Positions 36,979 to 47,220 are shown, counted from the first letter of the stretch. The stretch: DNA of 64,000 nucleotides from Patescibacteria group bacterium (GCA_035479615.1 DATIIM010000019.1:29590-93589); one strand, 5' to 3'. Translations and numbers: made by a program. Notes: generated by a model not told the origin, from the sequence alone.

Positions 36979-38761
36979 TGCTTACCAGGTTGCGCCGTCG
37001 GCTTAAGAGCACGGGTATCGCAACGCCAATCATGGTGGCCAGCAGCAAAACGAGGGCGATAGCCAGCATCCAGAGCGGGTGTAAGCCCAGTAGTGTTGAG
37101 TGACCGGGGTTTTGGTAAGAGCCAACGGCCTGGACAAGCAGGTTATTAAAGCGGTCTGCAAAGCGCGACGAAAACACCAGCGCAGCAATGACTGCAAATG
37201 TAATCGACACAATCAAAGCCGTCACCGCTAACATAAAGCCGTAGGTAAAGTAGATCTGGGCGATATCGCGCTGCCGGGCACCGAGTGCGCGGAAGACGGC
37301 AATCTCCCGCCGGTTATCACTGATTAATTTACTGATGGTTAGGAGTACAAGTGTCGCCGCTAAGGTTGCAACACCGAGCGTTATCCATTTGCCAACTTTG
37401 ATACCTTTGGCGAATACGCCTTCAAAGGCCGTTTTAATACTGCCAAATGTTGTGAGCGTCCATTCGTTGTTCTTGGTGCAGTCGTTACCTTTGCAGCTGG
37501 TGCTATCGATAAAATGTTTTTGTTCGGCACGAGTATTGAAGTCGAAGAATAGTGTGGGCTGGTTGCCGAATCCATAAAGATTATCTGTCGATGACAGGAA
37601 AGGCTCTTGATTGACCACGGCCTGGGGCATGATGATCGGCATGGGAACGGGCCAATTATCAACACTGCTAAACAACGAGCCAAAGATGTCATCGCCTGGG
37701 CCTTGATCTGTAGTAGGTACAAAGCCGACGATTTTTACGCGAAAGAAGTGGGTATCGGGTGCTGGTGCGGCTGGCTGCGGGAACAACGGTTTTGGTGCGT
37801 CAGGGTCTGGGCCAGGGAGTAAGCCGGCAGTTTTGAGTAGCTTTTGGTCAAAGCCGGTACAGGCGGCAACATCCAGTGGCTTGGTCTTGGGGTCGTTATC
37901 CTTTTTGGCATCGTAGTTGTACGTCAGCACACTGGCTAGCTGAGTCTGCGCCGTTGAGTTCCGGTAGCAATACTGTAGCGTTTGGCCGGTATATTGCTTG
38001 ATCAATGCCTGATAACCTTTAATTTTATCCTCGCTCGATAGCTTGTTAAATGATTTTTTGGAAAGTTGCTGCAGGTAACTGTAGGGTACTTCCACTGGGT
38101 AGGGCTGGCCCGGCTTCCAGGCAAGGGTTTGTCCGGCTATAAGCATCGGCTTTAACATGTCTGGTTCGACAGAGAGGAATGTGGGCAGTGCTTCGTTAGG
38201 GTTAAACATCGGGCCGTTTTTACCTACGCCGGTTTCGACCTGTTGTAATTGTTGGGTTAACAAGGGGTCAGGGTCGTCGGCCGTGCCGGGCTGCATGAGT
38301 TGGAGAGCGTTTATATAACTTAGGTGGTAGGTTGCTTTGGGGGAAAACTTTTTTTGGACAGAGGCTTCGAACTGCTTTTGCGTTGCCGTGCTATCGGCCA
38401 AGGCTACTGCGCCAATTCGTCTGCCAAGCTCTATGACATACTCTGGCCTGGCGCGCATTTCGTCGGTAACTTTGATCTTGCGAGCCAATAGGTCGGCATC
38501 CATTTGGTCAGTGATTTGTTTTTGAAGGGTATTAAAATCGGCGGAGAACGGATTGCCCGACATAGACGCCTGGGTTAAATGCCGGCCATTGTAGCCGTAG
38601 TCCTGGAACCGCGCGCTGCTTTTTTGAACGCCGGCAAATGACAGTGCGCCAAAGAATAAAACGGCAAACAACAGTGAACTGACGATGGTCACGAGTGCCA
38701 TGCGGATGCGCCGGGTTTTGCGCTTGGTGCGCGCTAAAATGTAGGCGTCGATAATTTTCAT
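36962..38761 (-). CDS. MacB/FtsX-family ABC permease
   Basis: One N-terminal TM, a large extracytoplasmic domain, REIAVFRALGA, three C-terminal TMs, and the ending IMREE. Confidence 0.88.
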   Translation of the reverse strand: MKIIDAYILARTKRKTRRIRMALVTIVSSLLFAVLFFGALSFAGVQKSSARFQDYGYNGRHLTQASMSGNPFSADFNTLQKQITDQMDADLLARKIKVTDEMRARPEYVIELGRRIGAVALADSTATQKQFEASVQKKFSPKATYHLSYINALQLMQPGTADDPDPLLTQQLQQVETGVGKNGPMFNPNEALPTFLSVEPDMLKPMLIAGQTLAWKPGQPYPVEVPYSYLQQLSKKSFNKLSSEDKIKGYQALIKQYTGQTLQYCYRNSTAQTQLASVLTYNYDAKKDNDPKTKPLDVAACTGFDQKLLKTAGLLPGPDPDAPKPLFPQPAAPAPDTHFFRVKIVGFVPTTDQGPGDDIFGSLFSSVDNWPVPMPIIMPQAVVNQEPFLSSTDNLYGFGNQPTLFFDFNTRAEQKHFIDSTSCKGNDCTKNNEWTLTTFGSIKTAFEGVFAKGIKVGKWITLGVATLAATLVLLTISKLISDNRREIAVFRALGARQRDIAQIYFTYGFMLAVTALIVSITFAVIAALVFSSRFADRFNNLLVQAVGSYQNPGHSTLLGLHPLWMLAIALVLLLATMIGVAIPVLLSRRRNLVSIMREE

Positions 38762-39597
38762 GCCTGTACCTGGCCGTCTTCGAGTTTAATAACGCGGTCG
38801 GCCCAATCGGCCACGCGCGGGTCATGGGTGACCACAATAATAGTCGTGCCCAGGCGGCCCCGAATGGTTTGCAGCAGCTCCATAATAGCCATACTGTTTT
38901 TGGAATCAAGATTGCCAGTCGGTTCGTCGGCCAATAAGATTTTTGGCTTGTTGACGAGCGCCCGGGCTATAGCCACGCGCTGCATTTGGCCCCCGGAAAG
39001 TTCTTTGGGTAAAAAGTTAGCCCTGTCGGTCAAATCGACCGCCTCGATCACGTCGGCAACGGCCGCAGTACGAGTTTTGCGTTTAGTACGGGCGAACATG
39101 AGCGGCACCTCGATGTTACGGTTTAAACGGAGAAAAGGTTGTAGGTAGAAAAACTGGAACACAAAGCCGATGGTTTCGTTGCGGAACCGGGCTAGCTTGC
39201 CCTCGTGTAATTTGCCTACCGACTGGCCGTTAACTAATACCTCTCCCGACGAGGGCCGATCTAGCCCGCCAATGAGGTGCATGAGTGTACTCTTGCCGCT
39301 GCCGCTCGGGCCGGTCAACGCCACAATCTCGCCTTCGTGGACTTCGAAGTTGATATTTTTGACGGCCGTTACGGTATTTTTGCGATTTAGTTTGTAGATG
39401 CGGGTAACGTCGTGCAGGTTAATAATTACCGGTGTTGTAGGCGTGACCTTCGGCTTGTTGGCTGTCGTCGTTCGGTGCTGTAGCTCCTCTACGTAAGTGT
39501 CTATATCGTGCAGGAATGCAGCGGTATCATCCTGATAGGCCGTTTTCAATATCTGTTCGAGTTTTTGCTTTGAGTGTTGGGAAATCATTTTTACCAC
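38758..39597 (-). CDS. MacB/LolD-type ABC ATP-binding protein
   Basis: GPSGSGKST, LSGGQMQRVAIARAL, DEPTGNLD and VTHD. Confidence 0.93.
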   Translation of the reverse strand: MVKMISQHSKQKLEQILKTAYQDDTAAFLHDIDTYVEELQHRTTTANKPKVTPTTPVIINLHDVTRIYKLNRKNTVTAVKNINFEVHEGEIVALTGPSGSGKSTLMHLIGGLDRPSSGEVLVNGQSVGKLHEGKLARFRNETIGFVFQFFYLQPFLRLNRNIEVPLMFARTKRKTRTAAVADVIEAVDLTDRANFLPKELSGGQMQRVAIARALVNKPKILLADEPTGNLDSKNSMAIMELLQTIRGRLGTTIIVVTHDPRVADWADRVIKLEDGQVQA

Positions 39598-39716
39598 CTA
39601 AATTATAAGCTACGGCAACCATTAGCGCTATGTTTTAGCGACCGGTAGCCAGTGCATATCCTATATACAACAGCCGGCGTCAAAAAGTTACAAAAATTTG
39701 CGTATACTAGATACAG

Positions 39717-41207
39717 ATGAACGACTTATTAGCAAAAAAGCTTAAAGATCTGCCTACACAGCCTGGCGTGTATTTCCACAAGGACGCCGCCGGGGAGATT
39801 ATTTACGTGGGCAAAGCTGCCCGGCTCAATAACCGAGTGCGGCAGTATTTTCAAAAGAGCCGTTCGCGCGACCCGAAAACCGATGCGTTGGTGGCCGAAA
39901 TACATGACACCGACTGGATGGTGGTAGAGAGCGAAATCGAAGCGCTGTTTTTAGAAGCCGAAATGATCCGCCGCTACATGCCGCGCTACAATATTCTGCT
40001 GCGCGACGATAAAGCCATGAGCTACATCCGCATTAGCTACGATAGTGATTTCCCAACGGTGAGCACCACCCGCCGCCCGCTGGACGACGGTGCCCGGTAC
40101 TTTGGGCCATACAACAGCACGGTTGGCATCCGCGAGGCGCTTAAGGCGCTGCGGCGGATATTTCCATTTGCTACACGCCGCATTCCCGGGCAAAAGCGGG
40201 CTACCTTGCACTACCACTTGGGGCTAGACCCTGGCCTGGAAGAGGGCCGGACATCGTTGGAAGATTACCGTGCTAACTTGCGCAAGCTTATCGCGGTTAT
40301 TGAAGGCAAGCGTAAAAACATTGAACATGACCTGGAAAAAGAAATGACCAAAGCGGCCAAGGCGCAGGACTTTGAAAAAGCCGCCAAGATACGCAACCAG
40401 TTGTTCAACCTGCAAAGTCTAAACAAGCAGATCATTTTTAGCGACAAAGAATTCATGGACATCAGCAAAGACCACGCCTTGGCTGAACTGGTGGATGTGC
40501 TGAGCTTGCCGAAATTCCCAGTGCGCATCGAGGGGTACGACATTAGCCATATGCAAGGCACCGATGTTGTCGCCAGCATGGTAGTGTTCACGAACGGGGT
40601 GAGCAACAAAGGCGAATACCGCAAGTTCAAGACCAAAAAAGACCACAACAACGACTTTTATAATATGAACGAAACGATCAAGCGGCGCCTCAGCGAAAAG
40701 AATCGCAAAGCCTGGGGGCTGCCCAGCCTGGTGCTGATCGATGGCGGCAAAGGCCAGCTCGACGCGGCGATCCACGCCCGGGACGACATGGGCTGCAGTA
40801 CGCTGCCGTTCATTGGGCTGGCCAAGCGCGAAGAGCAAATCGTCATTCAAAAGGGCAAATCCAACGTTACGCTCAATACCGAAGCGCTCAAAAAACTCAG
40901 CGGCTACGTGACTGAAAGCGACGATTTTATTTTAGTGAACATTCCCCACCACACTAACGTCGTAAAGCTATTGCAGCGTATCCGCGATGAATCGCACCGC
41001 TTTGCCGTAACTTACCATTCGGTATTAAAGGTTAAGCGTCAAACCGCCAGCAGCCTTGACGATATCCCTGGCATCGGGCCGTCAACCCGTAAGAAATTAT
41101 TGCGCACGCTGGGAAGCGTCCGTGGCGTCCGCGAGGCGTCTGAGGCAGACATTGTAGCAGTTGTTGGCCTGGCCAAAGCCAAAATTATCCGGGCGCACCT
41201 AGGGTAA
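39717..41207 (+). CDS. uvrC: Excinuclease ABC subunit C
   Basis: GIY-YIG domain (PGVY...IIYVGKA..L..RVRQYF), EGYDISH, LIDGGKGQL, RIRDESHRFA and a C-terminal HhH. Confidence 0.96.
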   Translation: MNDLLAKKLKDLPTQPGVYFHKDAAGEIIYVGKAARLNNRVRQYFQKSRSRDPKTDALVAEIHDTDWMVVESEIEALFLEAEMIRRYMPRYNILLRDDKAMSYIRISYDSDFPTVSTTRRPLDDGARYFGPYNSTVGIREALKALRRIFPFATRRIPGQKRATLHYHLGLDPGLEEGRTSLEDYRANLRKLIAVIEGKRKNIEHDLEKEMTKAAKAQDFEKAAKIRNQLFNLQSLNKQIIFSDKEFMDISKDHALAELVDVLSLPKFPVRIEGYDISHMQGTDVVASMVVFTNGVSNKGEYRKFKTKKDHNNDFYNMNETIKRRLSEKNRKAWGLPSLVLIDGGKGQLDAAIHARDDMGCSTLPFIGLAKREEQIVIQKGKSNVTLNTEALKKLSGYVTESDDFILVNIPHHTNVVKLLQRIRDESHRFAVTYHSVLKVKRQTASSLDDIPGIGPSTRKKLLRTLGSVRGVREASEADIVAVVGLAKAKIIRAHLG

Positions 41208-41209
41208 TA

Positions 41210-41893
41210 CTAGGTGCCTTCTAGATAACGGCGCAGGGCGTTGATAGCTACACCCAGCTGAAAGAGTGCATTCTCTGCATGTTGTTCCGCCCGGATAACG
41301 TGGGCTTGCATTTGCTGGCTGGCGGCATGGGAAGAGCCGTCCAGGGTGGCAGACATACTTTGTATGGCACCGGTGAGTAAGCCAATAGCCCCAGAAGGCT
41401 CGGCTGTCTCTAGGTCGTCAGTGATCGGTTTAATCACTTTTTTTATGTCAGCTATCGCTTTTTGGCCTGGGTTGGCATCGGGGTTAGCCGGTGTGGCAGT
41501 TTCTGTGCCTGTAGCGGGTTTGCGGCGCTCATACAAAGATTCGCGGGCCCGTTGGAAAGCCCGCAGCAGATTGTCTGTTTGCATACAGCTGCCGTGAATT
41601 TCAAAGGCACCTTCGGTTAGGAGTGGAGGTAGACCAGCTTTTGGTTGGGTAAGTAAGAATGAATAATTGCATGCGCCCCCATATTTCTCGCACCAGAAAA
41701 CTGTTGTCGGGCCGTCCGGTCCTTCGGTTGTTGCGCTGGGGATTTGCCCGTCCATTATCTGGTGCACGAGCGGGGAATCTGGGTAGACTTGGTCCCCAAG
41801 ATCCATCGCAACCCCGGATAAAATTTCACGCATAATTTGAGCGCAGGTGTCAGAAGTCTCGATTGGGCGTGGGGCAAAGTCAGGGACAGCCAT
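41210..41893 (-). CDS. Hypothetical protein: unknown N-terminal domain + linker + C-terminal helical module
   Basis: 227-aa ORF with TATAAT upstream; C-terminus ...LDGSSH...AEQHAENALFQLGVAINALRRYLEGT. Confidence 0.65.
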   Translation of the reverse strand: MAVPDFAPRPIETSDTCAQIMREILSGVAMDLGDQVYPDSPLVHQIMDGQIPSATTEGPDGPTTVFWCEKYGGACNYSFLLTQPKAGLPPLLTEGAFEIHGSCMQTDNLLRAFQRARESLYERRKPATGTETATPANPDANPGQKAIADIKKVIKPITDDLETAEPSGAIGLLTGAIQSMSATLDGSSHAASQQMQAHVIRAEQHAENALFQLGVAINALRRYLEGT

Positions 41894-41931
41894 AGAGATT
41901 TAGGAGATTATACCAAAAAACGGGAGGGAGT

Positions 41932-42675
41932 TTACCTGTTGTCGGTGTCTGTGTCGAGGTCGATGCGGCGGAAGCGGCTGGTTTTGAGGTTGTCGAGCGG
42001 GTCCCAGACATGCTTGGCGCGTTTGTGGGTAAGGGTACTGAATTTTACGAGGTTAATCATGAGCATGGTCAAGCCGGTGCACAGCAGGGCCTTAACAAAG
42101 TGCATCCACACATTGTCGCGCACATCCAGGAACAGCACGAAGCCCATGGTTATGCTAAATAGCACCAGCATGATCCACCACTCGTTGCTGTAGACCTTGT
42201 TGCCCAGCAGCATGGCTATTTGGGAGCGATTCTGCTGGTTGGCAATCAGCCCGTTCAGCACTTTTTCGATGGTGGCCGGGTCTTTGCCCTTGTATTCTAG
42301 GCAGTACGTAATAAGTTCTTCGTATTGCTCTTCGCCAGCGGCTGGTTTGCGCTCGTTAAAGCTGGCGACCATATAGACCTCGAACATGGACTGCAGTTTG
42401 TTGCGGCTGATTTTAGGCAGTTTTTTTGTGCGGATTAACATATCGAACAAGGCATTGGCTTCGGCCCGCACTGTTTTGGAAAGGTCATCAATACGCTGTT
42501 TTTGTCCAGCCAATACTGGTGCAATGTAAAAGCCGTAGAGGAATGAGTTAACAGAGAACAATGTAAGTGCTGCTGAGCTAAAAGGCGTGTTATGGACTAC
42601 GAAGGTCAGCGCGGTGAAGATCATAAGGAACACGAAGAAGAACATACTCAGACGGACCTTCAAAAGCAGCTTCAT
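41932..42675 (-). CDS. Hypothetical multi-pass membrane protein (possibly DUF4239/bestrophin-like)
   Basis: Two N-terminal and two C-terminal hydrophobic helices flank a soluble helical region. The family guess is weak. Confidence 0.6.
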   Translation of the reverse strand: MKLLLKVRLSMFFFVFLMIFTALTFVVHNTPFSSAALTLFSVNSFLYGFYIAPVLAGQKQRIDDLSKTVRAEANALFDMLIRTKKLPKISRNKLQSMFEVYMVASFNERKPAAGEEQYEELITYCLEYKGKDPATIEKVLNGLIANQQNRSQIAMLLGNKVYSNEWWIMLVLFSITMGFVLFLDVRDNVWMHFVKALLCTGLTMLMINLVKFSTLTHKRAKHVWDPLDNLKTSRFRRIDLDTDTDNR

Positions 42676-42766
42676 ATAATTAAGATACCATTCCGGATGG
42701 CATTCTGCCTATGTTTATATAGCACATCTTATTTGACGTTTCGGCCTATGATGGTACGATAATTTT

Positions 42767-43297
42767 ATGGCAAATGTCGCAGAAATCCTGGAAGATGTGG
42801 AAACAATAAAGGGTGAACTTACGAATGGCGACAATGCAGTCGCAGCCGCGGCTGAAAAGCGGGCTGCCCTTGAAGCAAGAGCGGCGCGGATTGCAGAACT
42901 GCTCGGGGAATTGAAAACCCTTGTAATGGACAGCCAGTTTCAACAAGACGCAGAGAATATGGGTGCGGCCATAACTGAGGCAGGGAAACGATATGATGCG
43001 GCGATGCAGGGCTTGAACGGGCTGACTGCTGAGACCGACAGTGAACATGTTGAAACTGCACGGCAGTGGGGCGAAGTTGCGCTCTACCAAATACAAGGCG
43101 ATCGCCGTGCCGAAGTGGAGGCAGTAACATTACTGACCGCAATTGGGGGAATGCAGGAGCATTTGGCCCCGCTTGTCGGCCCGGCAGATGAGGCGGTGCT
43201 GACTCTTGACGGTTTGAACGCTAATTTGACTCGCGCCGAGAACTACAGCGCGCTCTCAGTCCAAGCGTTAAGTACGTACCAAGAAGCCATTAGTTAG
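42767..43297 (+). CDS. All-helical hypothetical protein (WXG100/ESX-like helical bundle candidate)
   Basis: 176 aa, Ala/Glu/Leu-rich heptads, begins MANVAEILEDV and ends ALSTYQEAIS. TTGACG and TACGAT promoter elements upstream. Confidence 0.65.
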   Translation: MANVAEILEDVETIKGELTNGDNAVAAAAEKRAALEARAARIAELLGELKTLVMDSQFQQDAENMGAAITEAGKRYDAAMQGLNGLTAETDSEHVETARQWGEVALYQIQGDRRAEVEAVTLLTAIGGMQEHLAPLVGPADEAVLTLDGLNANLTRAENYSALSVQALSTYQEAIS

Positions 43298-43353
43298 GGT
43301 TAGAGTGACCCCTTAGCTTGCCATAGAGAACGGGCTTGCTATACTGCTATGTT

Positions 43354-44595
43354 ATGGGCCACGCTTTTGGGAGTGACTTCTTTAGCGGCAACCGTGAACG
43401 GTTGCGACAGCTTTTTACTGGTACAGCACCAATCGTGCTGACGGCCAATGGTTTGATGCAAAAAAACGGCGATGAGGCTTTCCCGTTCCAGCAGGATAGT
43501 AGCTTTTGGTACCTGACCGGCATCGACGACCCTGAAGTAATCTTGGTGATGGACAAGGGTCGCGAGTATTTAATCGTGCCCACCCGCGAAGCAATTATAG
43601 AGACGTTCGATGGAGCAATTGACGCCGCTGAGCTGACCCGCCGGTCCGGCATTACCGAAATTTTGAATGAAAAAGACGGGTGGAAGCAACTCGAAAGCCG
43701 TTTAGGCAAAGTGCAGCACGTTGCAACGTTTGCTGCTGCTCCGTTGCACAATGATTTTTTTGGCATGTACACCAACCCGGCGCGCCATAGCTTGATCCGC
43801 CGGATTAAAAAAGTGACGCCGGATGTAGAATTGCTTGATTTGCGCCAGCACCTTGCCCGGATGCGCATGGTCAAACAACCTATCGAACTGGAAGCGATCC
43901 AGCAAGCCGTAGACATCACCGTCGATACCCTAAAAGAGGCCATGCGGCCAGCCCGGATGGCAAAGTACGCCTACGAATACGAGATTGAAGCCGAGCTGAC
44001 CCGGGGTTTCCGCCGCCGCGGTGCCGAAGGGCATGGGTTTACGCCAGTGGTTGCGGGCGGCAAGAATGCCTGCACCATCCACCATATTTTGAACGACAGC
44101 CCGCTCACCAGTGACGAATTGGTGCTGCTGGACGTGGGTGCGTCATACAACCACTACACCGCCGACGTCGCCCGGACATATTCGCTTAACGGCCGGCCGT
44201 CACGCCGCCAAGAGCAGGTATGCGAAGCGGTCATGGAGTCCCAGGACTATGCCCGGTCATTGTTAAAACCAGGCGTCATTCTGAACGAGTACGAAAAACA
44301 GATGGAGACGTTCATTGGCGAGAAGTTACGCGAGCTTGGGCTCATAAAGAGCATCAGCCGCGAAACAGTCCGCGACAGCGGCTTTTTCCCGCATCGCACA
44401 TCCCACTTTTTGGGTCTGGAGTGCCACGATGCCGGCAATTACGATGAGCCGCTGCGCCCCGGGGTTGCACTGGTGGCTGAACCTGGTATTTATATTCGTG
44501 AAGAAGGCATTGGTGTGCGCATCGAGGACGTCATGGTCATCACCGAAGACGGCTGCGAAATATTAAGCGGCAAATTGCCTCGCGGGCTTTGCTAA
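43354..44595 (+). CDS. pepP: Xaa-Pro aminopeptidase (M24B)
   Basis: AMP_N motif FPFQQDSSFWYLTG and metal ligands LLDVGA, YTADVART, HRTSHFLGLECHD, EPGIY and GVRIED. Confidence 0.92.
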   Translation: MGHAFGSDFFSGNRERLRQLFTGTAPIVLTANGLMQKNGDEAFPFQQDSSFWYLTGIDDPEVILVMDKGREYLIVPTREAIIETFDGAIDAAELTRRSGITEILNEKDGWKQLESRLGKVQHVATFAAAPLHNDFFGMYTNPARHSLIRRIKKVTPDVELLDLRQHLARMRMVKQPIELEAIQQAVDITVDTLKEAMRPARMAKYAYEYEIEAELTRGFRRRGAEGHGFTPVVAGGKNACTIHHILNDSPLTSDELVLLDVGASYNHYTADVARTYSLNGRPSRRQEQVCEAVMESQDYARSLLKPGVILNEYEKQMETFIGEKLRELGLIKSISRETVRDSGFFPHRTSHFLGLECHDAGNYDEPLRPGVALVAEPGIYIREEGIGVRIEDVMVITEDGCEILSGKLPRGLC

Positions 44596-44612
44596 GGTAC
44601 AATTAAGCATAA

Positions 44613-44996
44613 GTGAAGAAGCACGGAATACTCTACCGTTTCTTGGTGCGTTGGGTCGTCTGCAGCCTGGGGCTTTGGATTGCCGGCGGGCTATTGCATA
44701 CCCATATCCGGTTTGAAACATCCGGGAGCATGCTTGGCGTGGTTATTATCGCCGGCCTAGTGTTGGCATTAGTGAATGCAGTTATCCGCCCATTTGTTGT
44801 TTTGTTGAGCTTGCCGGCGATTCTTTTCTCGCTCGGATTGTTCATGGTAGTGATTAACGGTTTCATGGTTTGGCTGGCATCATGGCTGTATGACCCACTG
44901 CATGTGACGAACTTTTGGTGGGCAATACTTGCCGGGGTAATCATCGGACTGGTAAACTACTTAGTGACAGCAATTTTGGAGAATGAAGAGCAATGA
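44613..44996 (+). CDS. YvlD-like 4-TM membrane protein ('phage holin family')
   Basis: LVNAVIRP...LSLP...SLGLF..VING pattern; GTG start. Confidence 0.85.
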   Translation: MKKHGILYRFLVRWVVCSLGLWIAGGLLHTHIRFETSGSMLGVVIIAGLVLALVNAVIRPFVVLLSLPAILFSLGLFMVVINGFMVWLASWLYDPLHVTNFWWAILAGVIIGLVNYLVTAILENEEQ

Positions 44997-45217
44997 CCCT
45001 AAACATCTATAACTACATTACTATTGGTTCAATGTTACTCATGACATTGCTTATTCTGGTGCAAACCCGTGGCGCTTCGCTCGGTGCCGGTATAGGCAGC
45101 GGCGGCGAGGTCAACACTGAACGCCGTGGTACCGACAAAACCATTTACCAGCTGACAATATTTTCAGCCTTTTTGTTTGCAGCCTCGCTCATCCTAGGGA
45201 TCGTCTTACCTAAGTAG
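44993..45217 (+). CDS. secG: Preprotein translocase subunit SecG
   Basis: ILVQTRGASLGAGIG..GE....RRG.DK; two TM segments. Confidence 0.92.
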   Translation: MTLNIYNYITIGSMLLMTLLILVQTRGASLGAGIGSGGEVNTERRGTDKTIYQLTIFSAFLFAASLILGIVLPK

Positions 45218-45229
45218 GCAGGGCGTCTC

Positions 45230-47029
45230 ATGGGTAAGCTCGACCGCAAGCGCGCACTCAAGCTCCGGTTTCGGCGCCGATTGCGTTTGCAACGGCGTCA
45301 AGTTGAGGAACTCGGCGCACAGGCTGAACAGCGCTTAGAGAATGACTTCTTCCGGCGCTTGGAGCGCTTGGGCAACGTTAAACGCTTTGTTATTAGCTGG
45401 ACGCTGCTGCTTGTGCTGTTGATCGGGAGCGTCATTGCCCAAACCCGGCTGCTCAGCAATTATTATCAGGAGCTTGCTCCAGTGGCCGGCGGTACGTACA
45501 CCGAGGGCATTTTGGGGTCATTCACCACCGCTAACCCGCTGTACGCCACCCGCATTGTCGACGCCAGTGTGAGCAAACTTATCTTTGCCGGGCTGCTTAC
45601 CTATGACCAAAACAATCAGTTGGCCGGCGACCTGGCCGATACCTGGGCAGTGAATGAATCTGGCACGATATATACAGTGCATCTTAAAGACCATCTGACC
45701 TGGCAAGACGGCGTACCGCTGACGGCCGACGACGTGCTGTTTACCTACCAGGTTATCCAGAACCCGGACGCCCGGTCGCCGCTTAACAACAGCTGGCGAG
45801 GGATCAAGGTAACCGTTTCTGATCCGCGCACAATCGTCTTTACACTGCCAAACCCGCTGGCATCATTCCCATATTCATTGACCAACGGCATTGTTCCTAA
45901 GCACTTACTGGGCAGTGTGCCCATGGTAGACATGCGTACCTCGGCATTTAACACCAGCCGGCCGGTTGGCGCTGGCCCGTTCCAGTGGCAGGCGATTGAA
46001 CTCAACGGCGAGTCGGTAGACACGCGCGAAGAGCACATCCTGTTGCGCCCATTTGCCCATTACCACGCCGGCAAGCCTAAGCTCAGCAGTTTTGTGGTGC
46101 GCACGTTCCGCTCCCAAGACCAGCTGGTCCGGAGCTTCCAAAAGCAAGAACTCAATGCCGTTGTCGGCCTGACTGAAGTTCCAGATAAATTGAAGAACAA
46201 CACCAGCATGCGGGTATACAACTTGCCGCTTACAGCTGCGGTGATGACCTTTTTCCGTACCAGCGAAGGCGTGCTGGCCGATACGAAAGTGCGCAGTGCG
46301 CTAGTTTCGGCCAGTAACGTGCCGTCTATTATGAGCGGCCTGAGCTATGCGACTGTGCCAGTGCGTGAGCCATTGCTACGCGGCCAGTTGTCATATAACG
46401 GCGCTTTCCAGCAGTCTGCTTACGACCCGGTTGCAGCCAATGCACTACTCGATGCCCAGGGCTGGGTGATGGCAAAAGATGGCATACGCTACAAAGCAGG
46501 TAAGCCGCTAACCTTCCAACTGTATGTGCAGAACAGTGGCGAATACGCTGATGTTGCGCGGCAGTTAGCTACGCAATGGAAGGCGGTCGGGGCCGACGTT
46601 AAGGTCGCGGTGGCTCAAGATGACGACACGTTCCAGAACGCCATCGCTTACCATAGCTATGACGCAGTGCTGTATGGCATCTCGATTGGCGTTGACCCGG
46701 ATGTCTTTGTGTACTGGCACAGCTCACAGGCTGATTCAGCTGCACCTGTCCGGCTCAACTTGTCGGAGTACACCTCCAAGCAGGCTGACGCGTCCTTGGA
46801 GGCAGGCCGCACTCGCTTAAACCCAGCACTGCGAACCGAAAAGTACAAGCCGTTCCTGCAAGCTTGGCAAGCCGACTCACCAGCGCTGGGCATGTACCAG
46901 CCGCGGTTCCTGTATCTGACCAACGGCACAGTGTACGGCCTTGGCGAGCACGCCATCAACACCGACGCCGAACGCTTTACTAATGTCCAGAACTGGCAAA
47001 TCCGCGAAGGCCGCAAAACAGTACAGTAA
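45230..47029 (+). CDS. Membrane-anchored peptide ABC transporter substrate-binding protein (family 5)
   Basis: NPLYA, GDLADTW, WQDGVPLTADDV.FTY, PVGAGPF and DPDVFVYWHSSQ. Confidence 0.88.
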   Translation: MGKLDRKRALKLRFRRRLRLQRRQVEELGAQAEQRLENDFFRRLERLGNVKRFVISWTLLLVLLIGSVIAQTRLLSNYYQELAPVAGGTYTEGILGSFTTANPLYATRIVDASVSKLIFAGLLTYDQNNQLAGDLADTWAVNESGTIYTVHLKDHLTWQDGVPLTADDVLFTYQVIQNPDARSPLNNSWRGIKVTVSDPRTIVFTLPNPLASFPYSLTNGIVPKHLLGSVPMVDMRTSAFNTSRPVGAGPFQWQAIELNGESVDTREEHILLRPFAHYHAGKPKLSSFVVRTFRSQDQLVRSFQKQELNAVVGLTEVPDKLKNNTSMRVYNLPLTAAVMTFFRTSEGVLADTKVRSALVSASNVPSIMSGLSYATVPVREPLLRGQLSYNGAFQQSAYDPVAANALLDAQGWVMAKDGIRYKAGKPLTFQLYVQNSGEYADVARQLATQWKAVGADVKVAVAQDDDTFQNAIAYHSYDAVLYGISIGVDPDVFVYWHSSQADSAAPVRLNLSEYTSKQADASLEAGRTRLNPALRTEKYKPFLQAWQADSPALGMYQPRFLYLTNGTVYGLGEHAINTDAERFTNVQNWQIREGRKTVQ

Positions 47030-47048
47030 GCATTTGCTAACTGAACGC

Positions 47049-47077
47049 TTGAGTTTTCACCTTAAAAAAAGTACAAT
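47049..47077 (+). promoter_or_regulatory. Promoter of tRNA-Leu(CAG)
   Basis: TTGAGT, 17-nt spacer, TACAAT; nearly identical to the promoter at 51142. Confidence 0.7.
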
Positions 47078-47089
47078 AACTTCGTTCAC

Positions 47090-47174
47090 GCGCGAGTGGC
47101 GGAATTGGTAGACGCGCTAGTTTCAGGTACTAGTGTCTTCGGACGTGGAGGTTCAAGTCCTCTCTCGCGCACCA
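47090..47174 (+). tRNA. tRNA-Leu(CAG)
   Basis: Acceptor GCGCGAG/CTCGCGC, D-loop GGAATTGGTAGAC, anticodon stem CTAGT/ACTAG with loop TTCAGGT, long variable arm, GGTTCAAGTCC and encoded CCA. Confidence 0.96.
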
Positions 47175-47190
47175 AGAGATTATTACAGAT

Positions 47191-47220
47191 AAAAAGACGA
47201 CTGCGATGAGTCGTCTTTTT
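47191..47220 (+). terminator. Rho-independent terminator after tRNA-Leu(CAG)
   Basis: AAAAAGACGACT-gcgatg-AGTCGTCTTTTT. Confidence 0.85.

Noticed and set aside
44613-44996. Phage lysis cassette suggested by the 'holin family' protein
   Set aside because: It is the YvlD-like type found in housekeeping contexts, here between pepP and secG, with no endolysin or other phage gene.
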